Assembly (NCBI GenBank): GCA_045633565.1 | Contig: JAZQYO010000007.1 | Coordinates: 8,724-72,723 of the forward strand | Length of the DNA: 64,000 bases | Source: Clostridia bacterium | GTDB taxonomy: Bacteria; Bacillota; Clostridia; RUG12999 | Direction of reading: 5' to 3' | In this document: in pieces, positions 10,401 through 18,158 of the stretch | How positions within the stretch are numbered: position 1 is the first letter of the stretch | Layout of the letters: each line of letters begins with the position of its first letter | Translations under genes and position numbers: made by a program | The notes under the pieces: generated by a model | What the model was told of the DNA's origin: nothing | Seen by the model: only the letters and a program-made list of their open reading frames with translations | Databases searched by the model: none

Positions 10401-11766
10401 AATATCTTTCGGTAATTTCACCATTTACAATTTTCACCGCACCAATTTCAATTATAGAATCGTCCACCGGCGAAAATCCGGTGGTTTCAAGGTCGAAAAC
10501 CACGAAAGAAGAATCGAGCGTGTAGTCCTGTTTTACGTTATAGGTAATAGCGAGTTCGTTGCTGCAGAGGTAGCCCTCAACACCATAAAGCACCTTTATG
10601 CCACGTTTTCTCGCCACATCAAAAGCGTCCGGAAAAGCCTGCGCCACACCATGGTCGGTAATGGCAATGGCGGGATGTCCCCAGTCTGCAGCACGGTTTA
10701 CAAGGTCTTTTACTCCGGAAACGCCGTCCATTGCGGACATTTTTGTGTGAAGATGAAGCTCCACACGTTTAACCTCTGCGTTGTCGGTAACAACCTCTTT
10801 TTCAAGCAGGTTTATATTTGACGCCATAAGTACAAGCTCTTTGTCATATTCATCAAAAGTTACTCTGCCACTTACCGCAACATACGCACCCGCTTTAAGT
10901 CCGCAAAGAATTTTATCAAGCTTTTTTGCGGCTTTTTCCTTTTTATCCTCATCAGCGTCCGCTTTTGCTCCCTCAAAGGATTTTACTTTGATTGAACTTG
11001 TATAATCTGTCAGGGCAAAAGAAAGAATGGTTCTGCCATTTTTTGTTTCCTTTGTTTCGACAAATAAAACATCTCCGCGGATAACAACATCGCTCTGCTC
11101 TCTTGTAACAGAAATAATCTGCACCGGCTCTGTATCAAAAATCTTTCTGCCCTTTAAAATAGCACTGTACTCCGCTTTTGGCGGCTCGGGAAGGTCTATC
11201 TCGGGCGGGGCGATGACCGGCTCGGGTCTGGCTTCGGGCTCCTCCTGCGTGGGCATTTTAATAACGTCCTCTATTTTGGGAAGCTCGGGCATGGGACCGC
11301 CTGATGTGCGAATTACAACCTCATATTTTTTCCCTGTTTCTTCAAGCAAAAGGGATTTTAAAATCCCTGCGCATCCGCCTGAATTTAAAATGTCAACCCC
11401 TTCGTTTTTTGTTATAATCTCAAGCACGTTTTCGTTTATGTGCTTTTCTGCATCCGAAAGCAGACAGTGTGCAATTGAAAATTTTTCTGAAAGCCTTGCA
11501 AGTATGTGCGGATAATATATTTCAAGCTCTTTATCCGTCAGGTCAAGATGCGAATAATCATATTGACAGAAAACCGCTATCCCCGGGTACTCCTTTTTCA
11601 CAGCAGAGCAAATACTCGTCGTTTCCTTTTCGCTCAAAAAACGGTGGGGCTTTATAAAAAGCTCCAGCTTTTTGCCGGCAGAATAAAGTTTCGCCCGTGT
11701 AATTTCTATATTCTCAATATCACTTATTTTGCCTGTGTCGGCAATTAAATCGGTAATAGGTGGCAT
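7477..11766 (-). CDS. polC: DNA polymerase III PolC-type (Gram-positive replicative polymerase with intrinsic 3'-5' exonuclease)
   Basis: 1429 aa. Contains DEDDh exonuclease motifs (VVFDLETTGFSP.., H..NANFDVGF..), a PHP domain (HLHTKMSAMDG) and a zinc finger (CPGCKHSEF..CPVCG). Confidence 0.95.
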   Translation of the reverse strand: MPPITDLIADTGKISDIENIEITRAKLYSAGKKLELFIKPHRFLSEKETTSICSAVKKEYPGIAVFCQYDYSHLDLTDKELEIYYPHILARLSEKFSIAHCLLSDAEKHINENVLEIITKNEGVDILNSGGCAGILKSLLLEETGKKYEVVIRTSGGPMPELPKIEDVIKMPTQEEPEARPEPVIAPPEIDLPEPPKAEYSAILKGRKIFDTEPVQIISVTREQSDVVIRGDVLFVETKETKNGRTILSFALTDYTSSIKVKSFEGAKADADEDKKEKAAKKLDKILCGLKAGAYVAVSGRVTFDEYDKELVLMASNINLLEKEVVTDNAEVKRVELHLHTKMSAMDGVSGVKDLVNRAADWGHPAIAITDHGVAQAFPDAFDVARKRGIKVLYGVEGYLCSNELAITYNVKQDYTLDSSFVVFDLETTGFSPVDDSIIEIGAVKIVNGEITERYSTFVNPHRHIPDNITEITSITDQMVSDAPDISVAAKEFEDFSKGSVLVAHNANFDVGFMRVVYENLGMEFDYCYLDTLELCRALFTDQKRHGLAAMVKYLNITLDNHHRAVDDAEATAEILKRCFTILKDKGITDIELFNTDLCEDSRKAKYHHFVMIAQNKKGLENMYRIVSEAHLKHFYRKPLVPKSLIETYREGILLGSACEAGEVYKAVLNGKKQKEIDKLASFYDYLEIQPDGNNEFMIRSGRVSGKGALHKINKTIIETADRLGKPVVATGDVHFLNPSDEAFRRILMDSLGFEDADRQAPLYFRTTEQMLEEFSYLGEELAYKVVVQNTNKIADMVENIQLLPDEPHTPEMDGAEEDIVNISTKRAIEIYGDPLPEQVKSRMDRELGSIIKHGFSVLYIIAQKLVWKSLSDGYLVGSRGSVGSSFIAFLLGITEVNALQPHYVCPGCKHSEFITDGSAPSGVDMPDKKCPVCGVMLDKNGHDIPFETFLGFDGDKEPDIDLNFSGDYQPVAHKYTEELFGEGFVFRAGTIGTVAEKTAYGFVKKYFEKRGMTPAEAEINRLVKGCTGVKRTTGQHPGGIMVVPRKEDIHWYCPVQHPADDNDTDIITTHFDYHSISGRLLKLDILGHDDPTVIRMLEDFTNTKATDIKIGEEKTMSLFTSTEALGVTPEQIGSTVGSYGVPEFGTKFVRKMLVDTKPTTFAELVRISGLSHGTDVWTNNAEELVKSGTATLKEVICTRDDIMTYLIYAGLPKKDAFKIMESVRKGKGLTPEQEQLMVDNNVPEWYIDSCKKIKYMFPKAHAVAYVMMAFRIAYYKVYYPVEYYCTYFTVRADEFDAGLMIGRENIEKNLKELGEIEKPSQKEKNLITILEMCREMYARGIEFSGLDLYKSDSHKFLPADGKIIPPFSALPGLGGAAAAGIVEARNEGEFYSVKEFADRAHVSKTLIQLMKDYHILDGLPETDQVSFF

Positions 11767-11910
11767 GATATTTTCCTCTTAAAAAAGTATTACTATAATC
11801 ATATCACAGTTTAACTTTTTTTACAATAGCATCCGGCAAAAAATTGACACAAACTTCCCCTTGTGATAAAATATTTTAAAACACAAAAATGAATACGAAG
11901 TGATGAAACA

Positions 11911-12633
11911 ATGAAAAAAACAGAAATTTTAAAATATCTTAAATCCCTGCCCGGCGAAGAGTTTGTATCGGAAGTGGCAAGGCTTTTTGGCGAGGGCGAA
12001 GAAATCCCGGCGTCTATGATTAAAAGGCTGGAGGAATATAACAGGGTGCTTGGCATGAGAGAGTTTGACCTGTCAAAAGGAACACTTGTTGCCGGCGTTG
12101 ACGAGGCAGGCAGAGGTCCGCTTGCGGGGCACGTTTATACCGCAGCGGTGATACTTCCCCAAAACGTAGTGATTGAGGGACTTAACGATTCAAAAAAACT
12201 GAGCGAGAAAAAGCGTGATGAACTTTACGATATAATTATTGAAAAAGCGCTTTATTTTAACATTGTCTATTCCGACTGCGAAACTATTGACAAAATAAAT
12301 ATCCGCAATGCCACATTAAACGCCATGAAAGAGGCTGCCGAGGGACTTCCCGTCAGACCGGACAAACTGCTTATAGACGGAAATGCGCTCCCCAAAACCG
12401 ACATTCCCTGCGAGTTTGTGATAAAAGGAGATTCAAAAAGCATGGCAATTGCGGCGGCGTCCATTCTCGCAAAGGTGACAAGGGACAGATACATAAAGGA
12501 AATGGACGAAATTTACCCCGAGTACGGGTTTTCTAAAAACAAAGGCTATGGCACTGCAGACCATATAGAAGCAATCAAAAAATATGGCCCCTGCCCTATC
12601 CACAGAAGAACTTTCATTAAGAATTTCATATAA
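11911..12633 (+). CDS. rnhB: ribonuclease HII
   Basis: 240 aa with GVDEAGRGPLAGHV catalytic motif and DSK..S motifs. Has an N-terminal extension as in Bacillus RnhB. Confidence 0.9.
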   Translation: MKKTEILKYLKSLPGEEFVSEVARLFGEGEEIPASMIKRLEEYNRVLGMREFDLSKGTLVAGVDEAGRGPLAGHVYTAAVILPQNVVIEGLNDSKKLSEKKRDELYDIIIEKALYFNIVYSDCETIDKINIRNATLNAMKEAAEGLPVRPDKLLIDGNALPKTDIPCEFVIKGDSKSMAIAAASILAKVTRDRYIKEMDEIYPEYGFSKNKGYGTADHIEAIKKYGPCPIHRRTFIKNFI

Positions 12634-12636
12634 TTA

Positions 12637-12662
12637 AAAGCCACCCGATGGGTGGCTTTTTT
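12637..12662 (+). terminator. rnhB terminator (AAAGCCACCC-gat-GGGTGGCTTTTTT)
   Basis: Hairpin plus T-run 4 nt after the rnhB stop. Confidence 0.75.
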
Positions 12663-12710
12663 ATTACTTAATACTCGCATCAAGCGAGGACATTTCTTTT
12701 AAATATTTTC

Positions 12711-13262
12711 TCAGTATTTCCTTATAATGTGATAGCCAACCGCATGAAATTTTATTGTATTAAGTCTTTCGGTAACGTCCGGTCGGAAATTGAACTCGTT
12801 TATAACATTCCAAAAATCAACATAAGGCGCTATCTGCGGGATTATAAATTCAAGATAGTTTTCCCACGCTTTTAAATTTTCAATCTTTTTAAACGCACCT
12901 ATTTTCTCAAACCAACTCGGGTGAGTTGCATGAACAACTGTGCAGAAAACCTTAATCCCCTTTTCTTTAAGGCCCGAAAAAAATTCAACATAATGGTCGG
13001 CAGCCTCCTGGCTGAAAGCGCCCTGCTCAGGCTCAACTCTGCACCATTCAACAGATGTGCGGAAGGCCTGATGTCCAAGTCCTGCGCATAAATTTATATC
13101 CTCACGAAACATTTCATAGCTGTTGCAGGCAAGTCCCGCCATTTCCTCGTTCCAGAACCAGTTGTTTTTATTGTTGCCCTCCACCTGGTGTCCGGCATAG
13201 CCGCTATCCCATAAAAACCCTTCCGGGAAAGAGTAATCTTTTAAAGAAAAAACATCATACAT
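12711..13262 (-). pseudogene. glycoside hydrolase family 1 (beta-glucosidase-like) N-terminal fragment, likely a gene remnant
   Basis: 183 aa with hallmark GH1 N-terminal motifs (FPEGFLWDSGYAGHQVEG, RTSVEWCRVEP, acid/base-region VINEF). The nucleophile half (..ENG..) is absent. Only about 50 nt separate its stop from the rnhB terminator, so no continuation is possible. Confidence 0.6.
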
Positions 13263-13337
13263 AGCGGGGACCTCCTGTGTATTATTTGATTTAATTATAT
13301 CTCACGGCAGTCCACCTTGTCAGCGAAAAAAACAATT

Positions 13338-14456
13338 TTATTTATACCTTTCAATTACCTTTTCCACCCCATTTGCAATGTATTTCACCGAGGCAAGTGC
13401 CTCCTCAATTGTGTTGCCTCCGGTACCCACTTCTACAATTACTGCTCCGGGGGCAGTATGCCCGTTAAACCGGGAAGTCCTGAGATTTATAGGCCGGGCA
13501 AAATTTTCTTCCTCCTCCAAAAAGCATTTTTGCAAGTGTGCAGCAAATTTAAGGTTTGTCCGCCACCTGTCATGTTTCAGACCAAGCTCGTCAGTGCCTA
13601 CTACAAGCATTACCTGTGCCACCTTTTCACCGTCTATTGTAGTTGTCAGCTTGGTTTTTACTCCCTCTTTATTAATTATCGAGTCCCTGTGCAAATCAAG
13701 CACAATTTTTATCTGCGGATTTTCAGAAAGTGCGGCTTCTACCGCTTTGCATGAGCGTGCATAGGAATTATTATATTCCGGATAATCAAACAGGTCTGTG
13801 ATGTGCTCACACTTTATATCCCTTTTTTCAAGTTCTTTTTTGAGTTCTTTGCCAATCCGTATCATATTATAATCGGTGTCGGTGGTGCGGTCCTCAGCTG
13901 TATGGGGAAAATTATACTTTGACGTGGGTGCATAGCTTTCGGTGGAATGAGAATGGACAATCAACACCTGAGCCCCCTCTTTTTCAAGGCTGAAAGCGGG
14001 CGAAGATGAAATGTCCCCTGCCGATACTTTGTAGGAGGTTTCGTTGTTTATTGTAACTTTTTCGCCTGCGTCCGTTTTCCCACCCCCGGAACTTACAGTT
14101 TTTTCAAGAACATCTGCCGTCTCCTTTTCCTCCGCCAAGGGCATATCCTCTATGTAAGACGGGTTTTCGCCGTCATAATAAAAGTTCCCCGAAATTGTCC
14201 CGGCAACGGTGTCGGCATTGGTAAAGTCCCCGCCAAAAATCATGTCGCAAAGCTTCCCGGCATAGCTGACAAACCCCTCCGTTTTGTAGATATATTCACC
14301 TTTTTGGGCATCTGCCGCAAGTACATAATTTGATTTAAGCCTAGGGCGGATAAATGTCGCAAGCGTGTCTGCACAAAAACATACCATAAGCGCCAGAAAC
14401 AGCGCTCCCACCCCTTTTATACAAAACTTTCTAAGGCTCTGCCTTGCTTTTGACAC
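13338..14456 (-). CDS. spoIIP: stage II sporulation protein P (SpoIIP-family peptidoglycan hydrolase)
   Basis: Core motifs VLIVHSHSTESYAP.., ..YARSCKAVEAAL.., IVLDLHRDS match the SpoIIP family, with an N-terminal signal-anchor. Start placed at GTG 14454-14456 (VSKARQ..), preceded by RBS GGGGGTGAG. The ORF-track ATG at 14531 has no RBS. Confidence 0.75.
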   Translation of the reverse strand: MSKARQSLRKFCIKGVGALFLALMVCFCADTLATFIRPRLKSNYVLAADAQKGEYIYKTEGFVSYAGKLCDMIFGGDFTNADTVAGTISGNFYYDGENPSYIEDMPLAEEKETADVLEKTVSSGGGKTDAGEKVTINNETSYKVSAGDISSSPAFSLEKEGAQVLIVHSHSTESYAPTSKYNFPHTAEDRTTDTDYNMIRIGKELKKELEKRDIKCEHITDLFDYPEYNNSYARSCKAVEAALSENPQIKIVLDLHRDSIINKEGVKTKLTTTIDGEKVAQVMLVVGTDELGLKHDRWRTNLKFAAHLQKCFLEEEENFARPINLRTSRFNGHTAPGAVIVEVGTGGNTIEEALASVKYIANGVEKVIERYK

Positions 14457-14516
14457 TTTCTCACCCCCTTTTCTTATAATATATATGCGGGAAGCGGACA
14501 AAATATCAAAAAAAGC

Positions 14517-14545
14517 TTGACTTTGCGCCAAAACTGTTATATAAT
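14517..14545 (+). promoter_or_regulatory. sigma-A type promoter of rpsF-ssb-rpsR (TTGACT-17-TATAAT)
   Basis: Near-consensus -35 and -10 boxes with 17-nt spacer, about 65 nt upstream of the rpsF start. Confidence 0.65.
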
Positions 14546-14612
14546 TGTAAAGCTATTATTCCTTACCGCAGGGAATTTTCTGCGGTCAAAAGTCCATGAG
14601 GAGGTGAAAGAA

Positions 14613-14906
14613 ATGACTGAAATTAAAAGAGCTTATGAGACAATCTTTGTTCTCGATGCAACACTCGGCGATGAAGCTATTGAAGCTCTCACAGCCAAAT
14701 TCAAGTCATTAATCGAAAGCAACGCTACCATCGACAGCATTGATGTTTGGGGTAAAAGAAGACTTGCTTACGAAATTAATGACAGAACTGAAGGTCACTA
14801 TGTGCTCGTAAACTTTACTTCAAACCCTGAGTTCCCCAAAGAACTTGAGCGTGTTTACGGTATCACAGACGGCGTTCTCCGTTCAATCGTTATTGTAAAA
14901 GAATAA
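14613..14906 (+). CDS. rpsF: 30S ribosomal protein S6
   Basis: MTEIKRAYETIFVL.. matches the S6 family. Start at ATG 14613 is preceded by GAGGAGGTGA. The ORF-track start at 14517 would lie inside the promoter. Confidence 0.95.
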   Translation: MTEIKRAYETIFVLDATLGDEAIEALTAKFKSLIESNATIDSIDVWGKRRLAYEINDRTEGHYVLVNFTSNPEFPKELERVYGITDGVLRSIVIVKE

Positions 14907-14924
14907 TCAGGAGGAGAGCTATTT

Positions 14925-15365
14925 ATGCTTAACAAAGTAATTCTTATGGGTCGCTTAACCCGTGACCCCGACTTTAAAGCGACTCCATCCGGCACAAGTG
15001 TCTGCAGTTTTTCTCTCGCAGTTGACAGGGATTTTGTCCGTCAGGGCGAAGAAAGACAGACAGACTTTATCAACATTGTAACTTTTGGCTCAAGAGCGGA
15101 ATTTGTGTCCCGCTATTTCCATAAAGGTCAGCTTGTTGCTGTTTGCGGACGCATTCAGACAAGAAGCTGGGACGATGCGCAGACAGGTCAGAAAAGATAT
15201 GCTACTGACGTTGTTGCAGATGAGGTTCACTTTGCTGAGCCCAAGCGTGACGGCGCTTCTGCTGCTCCCGCTGCCGACCCGTATGTGCAGCAGGCTCCGC
15301 AGGGTTTTGATGCAGCCCCCCAGGGCTTCTCAGCTGCGGTTGATGATGACCAGCTGCCCTTTTAA
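14925..15365 (+). CDS. ssb: single-stranded DNA-binding protein
   Basis: OB-fold N-terminus (MLNKVILMGRLTRDPD..) and an acidic C-terminal tail ..DDDQLPF. Confidence 0.95.
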   Translation: MLNKVILMGRLTRDPDFKATPSGTSVCSFSLAVDRDFVRQGEERQTDFINIVTFGSRAEFVSRYFHKGQLVAVCGRIQTRSWDDAQTGQKRYATDVVADEVHFAEPKRDGASAAPAADPYVQQAPQGFDAAPQGFSAAVDDDQLPF

Positions 15366-15404
15366 TGTTGATTTTACCTAAAATTCTATAAGGAGGAAAT
15401 GAAA

Positions 15405-15653
15405 ATGGCTGACAGAGAAAGAATGGACAGACCTCACGCAAGACGTACAAAGAAAAAAGTTTGTGCTTTCTGCGCTGACAAGGTTGAATCTATCGATTAT
15501 AAAGATGTTGCAAAGCTCCGCAAATATGTTTCTGAAAGAGGCAAGATTCTTCCCAGAAGAATCACAGGCTGCTGCGCAAAACATCAGCGTCAGGTAACTA
15601 CCGCAATTAAAAGAGCAAGAATGATTGCACTCCTGCCCTTCTCGGTAGACTAA
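15405..15653 (+). CDS. rpsR: 30S ribosomal protein S18
   Basis: [37 protein letters not shown] matches the S18 family. ATG 15405 has better AGGAGG spacing than the ATG at 15399. Confidence 0.95.
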   Translation: MADRERMDRPHARRTKKKVCAFCADKVESIDYKDVAKLRKYVSERGKILPRRITGCCAKHQRQVTTAIKRARMIALLPFSVD

Positions 15654-15666
15654 TTAAAAATTTAAA

Positions 15667-15963
15667 GCCACCCTTCGGCGGTTAGTCTTAGGGAGGAATC
15701 GGTTTCCGAACCACATTTTTAGTTTATACTACATCAAAAAGCACCATAATACGTCAGTATTATGGTGCTTTTAATCTTTATATAATTCTAAAAATCTGCT
15801 TTCGGAAACTGCCGGTGCATCACAAAAAACATTATTTTTTGTGCAGAGCAAGGAAAAACTGTGCGGAAATCCTGTCGGATTCTAAACGGTTTTGACGCCG
15901 CTATGTGCTAAAATAATGTTTTTTGGACGAATAATCCCTAAAACTAACCGCCGCTTGGGTGGC
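15667..15963 (+). repeat. inverted-repeat-bounded ~300-bp non-coding element (MITE-like or long structured RNA) directly after rpsR
   Basis: GCCACCCTTCGGCGGTTAG (15667-15685) is the near-perfect reverse complement (15 of 19 bp) of CTAACCGCCGCTTGGGTGGC (15944-15963), which is followed by T6. Nested inner inverted repeats: CGGTTTCCGAA at ~15701 pairs with TTCGGAAACTGCCG at ~15802, and a perfect hairpin GCACCATAATA-cgtcag-TATTATGGTGC sits at 15741-15768. Confidence 0.45.
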
Positions 15964-15972
15964 TTTTTTGTT

Positions 15973-16260
15973 TTAATTGATATTAATAATTATTTTATCT
16001 TCTGCTGTCGCTAAGAATTTTTCTTCTTCATAATCACAGAAATTGCAAATAACCGCATTATATTCTTCCATTTTAGGTTCTGTAATATAAAACACTTTGG
16101 CGCCTTGCTTTTCTACCGCCTTTTCACACATTTTTTCAAAACTGCTTGTTCCCCTGCTGTGAAATTCTTTAACTCCCCAATTTATCAATAGCCTTACTTT
16201 GTTAAAAATAATTTCCTCCGCATCAAACCCTATCTCATCCCCAACAATATAACATTTCAT
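15973..16260 (-). pseudogene. truncated DUF1273 / YpsA-like SLOG-family fragment
   Basis: 96-105 aa. CYIVGDEIG..GVKEFHSRGTSSFEKMCEKAV..KQGAKVFYI parallels VCFTGRR..GAVHFISGMALGVDMWAAEAI..EKGLDITLE of the full-length DUF1273 gene at 49176-49664. It covers only the N-terminal two-thirds of that gene. Confidence 0.4.
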
Positions 16261-16351
16261 AAAAAACACCTCACTTTCTATATTACACATATACCATATA
16301 ACACTTTTGTTGAATTGTCAATATGTAATATAGCAAATATACTATATACGG

Positions 16352-16573
16352 GTGATGATTTTGAATTACAATATTAAAGTTGTTTTGGATGAGATGTTGC
16401 TTTCGCGCGGAAAAAGTAGATATTGGTTATCAAAAGAAACCGGCATACATTATAAAACCATAGACAGCTATTATAAAAACAAAATTAAACGATACGAAGC
16501 CGATTCCATTTTAAAAATCTGTCTCGCTTTAGATTGCGAAGTTGGCGACATTATTAAAATTGTAAAATGCTAA
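16352..16573 (+). CDS. small XRE-family (Cro/C1-type) HTH DNA-binding protein
   Basis: 73 aa with HTH segment (WLSKETGIHYKTIDSYYKN). Overlaps the next HTH gene by 7 nt. Confidence 0.55.
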   Translation: MMILNYNIKVVLDEMLLSRGKSRYWLSKETGIHYKTIDSYYKNKIKRYEADSILKICLALDCEVGDIIKIVKC

Positions 16574-16821
16574 ATAAAAAAATCTTAATTTCAGAGACCT
16601 TTAGTCAGAATTTAAAAAGAATAAGAAAAAATTCCGGTCTTACGCAGGAGCAAACAGTTGCCAGACTTCAGCTTATGGGGTCTCCCATCAGCAGAAGCAC
16701 CTATTCTCTTATTGAAATGGGTAGAGGTAATATATTTGTAAGCGATTTAGTAGGACTTCAACAAATATTTAATGTTGATTTCAAAGAGTTCTTTGAAGAC
16801 ATTTCTGTAATGAGAGATTAA
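16567..16821 (+). CDS. small XRE-family HTH DNA-binding protein
   Basis: 84 aa with LKRIRKNSGLTQEQTVARLQLMG.. helix-turn-helix. Confidence 0.55.
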   Translation: MLNKKILISETFSQNLKRIRKNSGLTQEQTVARLQLMGSPISRSTYSLIEMGRGNIFVSDLVGLQQIFNVDFKEFFEDISVMRD

Positions 16822-16855
16822 ATTTAGAAAGTTATCTTGAACAGGAAATAAAATA

Positions 16856-17362
16856 ATGGATTTACCGAAACGAAAACGGACGAGATTAAAAGAATATGAT
16901 TATTCAACGCCCGGCGCATATTTTATTACGATATGCGTAAAAGACAAAAAACATTTGTTAGGCAAAATTGTAGGGTGCGGCGATTTCGACGCACCGAAGA
17001 TTATGTTGTCCGGATACGGTCAAATCATTAACAAACACATCAACCTGATGAATGAAAAATATTCACACATTAGTGTAGATAAATATGTAATTATGCCAAA
17101 TCATATTCATTTAATTATTAATGTAAAGGATTATAAAAACGGTGCGTCGGAAACCGCCGCACCCTACAATAACGAAATCTCCAAATTTGTATCACTGTTC
17201 AAAAGATTTTGTAACAAGGAATTTGGTGAAAATATATTCCAGCGGTCATATCACGACCATATTATACGTGGTGAAAAGGATTACAAAAAAATCTGGGAAT
17301 ATGTTGATACGAATGTGCAGAGATGGGAAATGGATTGCTTTTATAATAATGAAAGGTCGTAG
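16856..17362 (+). CDS. IS200/IS605-family Y1 (HUH) transposase-like protein, RAYT / TnpA_REP-like
   Basis: 168 aa with HUH motif (MPNHIHLII), catalytic Tyr motif (QRSYHDHIIR) and N-terminal YDYS..GAYFIT. Typical Y1_Tnp size. No typical IS200 terminal hairpins or tnpB are present. Instead it follows two HTH genes. Confidence 0.8.
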   Translation: MDLPKRKRTRLKEYDYSTPGAYFITICVKDKKHLLGKIVGCGDFDAPKIMLSGYGQIINKHINLMNEKYSHISVDKYVIMPNHIHLIINVKDYKNGASETAAPYNNEISKFVSLFKRFCNKEFGENIFQRSYHDHIIRGEKDYKKIWEYVDTNVQRWEMDCFYNNERS

Positions 17363-17382
17363 CCTTTGCTACGACCTTTTTT
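17355..17382 (+). terminator. terminator (GGTCGTAGC-cttt-GCTACGACC plus T6)
   Basis: Hairpin overlapping the transposase stop, followed by TTTTTT. Confidence 0.7.
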
Positions 17383-17383
17383 G

Positions 17384-18157
17384 TTAATCTAATATATTTC
17401 CTACGCCTTTTAAAATGTGACGTGGTCTGTATGGGAACTGGCCTATCATTTCCTCGGTTGTTACACCGCTTAAAACAAGCACCGTTTCAACTGCGGTTTC
17501 AACGCCTGCGATAATGTCGGTATCCATACGGTCACCAATCATAACCGTTTCGTGGCTGTGGCAATCGAGCAGTTTCATTGCATGGCGGAGCATAAGGGGG
17601 TTAGGTTTACCCACAAAATATGCCTTTTTGCCTGTGGCAATTTCAATTGGTGCAACAAGTGCGCCCGTTGCAGGCATAATGCCCATTTCGGTTGGACCTG
17701 TTGTGTCAGGGTTTGTGCCGATAAGTTTTGCGCCTTTATTTACAAGCGCCACCGCTTTTTCAATTTTTTCAAAGCTGTATGTTCTTGTTTCACCCACAAC
17801 AACATAATCGGGGTTGACATCGTTCATATAAATTCCTTTGTCATAGAGTGCGTTCATAAGACCGGGCTCGCCGATTACATAAGCGCTGCAACCGGGATTC
17901 TGATGGTCAAGAAAGCTGGCTGTTGCCTGAGCGCTTGTATAAAAATGCTTTTCCGGAACATCAAGACCAAGTCGTTTTAATTTTTCCGAAAGCTCTTTAG
18001 GTGTTCTTTCCGAGCTGTTTGTTAAAAACAGAAAGTTTTTGTTTTCTTTGAGCAGCCAGTCAACAAAAGGAATTACGCCGTCAAGAAGGTTGTTACCGTG
18101 ATAGATAACACCGTCCATATCGCATATAAAACCTTTTTTCTCACGAAGTTCTTTCAT
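17384..18157 (-). CDS. HAD-IIA family hydrolase (NagD/YutF-like sugar phosphatase)
   Basis: DMDGVIY motif I, ..FLTNSS.. motif II and C-terminal GDRMDTDI motif IV. Confidence 0.8.
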   Translation of the reverse strand: MKELREKKGFICDMDGVIYHGNNLLDGVIPFVDWLLKENKNFLFLTNSSERTPKELSEKLKRLGLDVPEKHFYTSAQATASFLDHQNPGCSAYVIGEPGLMNALYDKGIYMNDVNPDYVVVGETRTYSFEKIEKAVALVNKGAKLIGTNPDTTGPTEMGIMPATGALVAPIEIATGKKAYFVGKPNPLMLRHAMKLLDCHSHETVMIGDRMDTDIIAGVETAVETVLVLSGVTTEEMIGQFPYRPRHILKGVGNILD

Positions 18158-18158
18158 A

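Noticed and set aside
14517-14612. N-terminal extension of rpsF proposed by the ORF track (start at 14517)
   Set aside because: The extension would begin inside the TTGACT -35 box. The ATG at 14613 has a canonical GAGGAGG RBS and gives the conserved S6 N-terminus.
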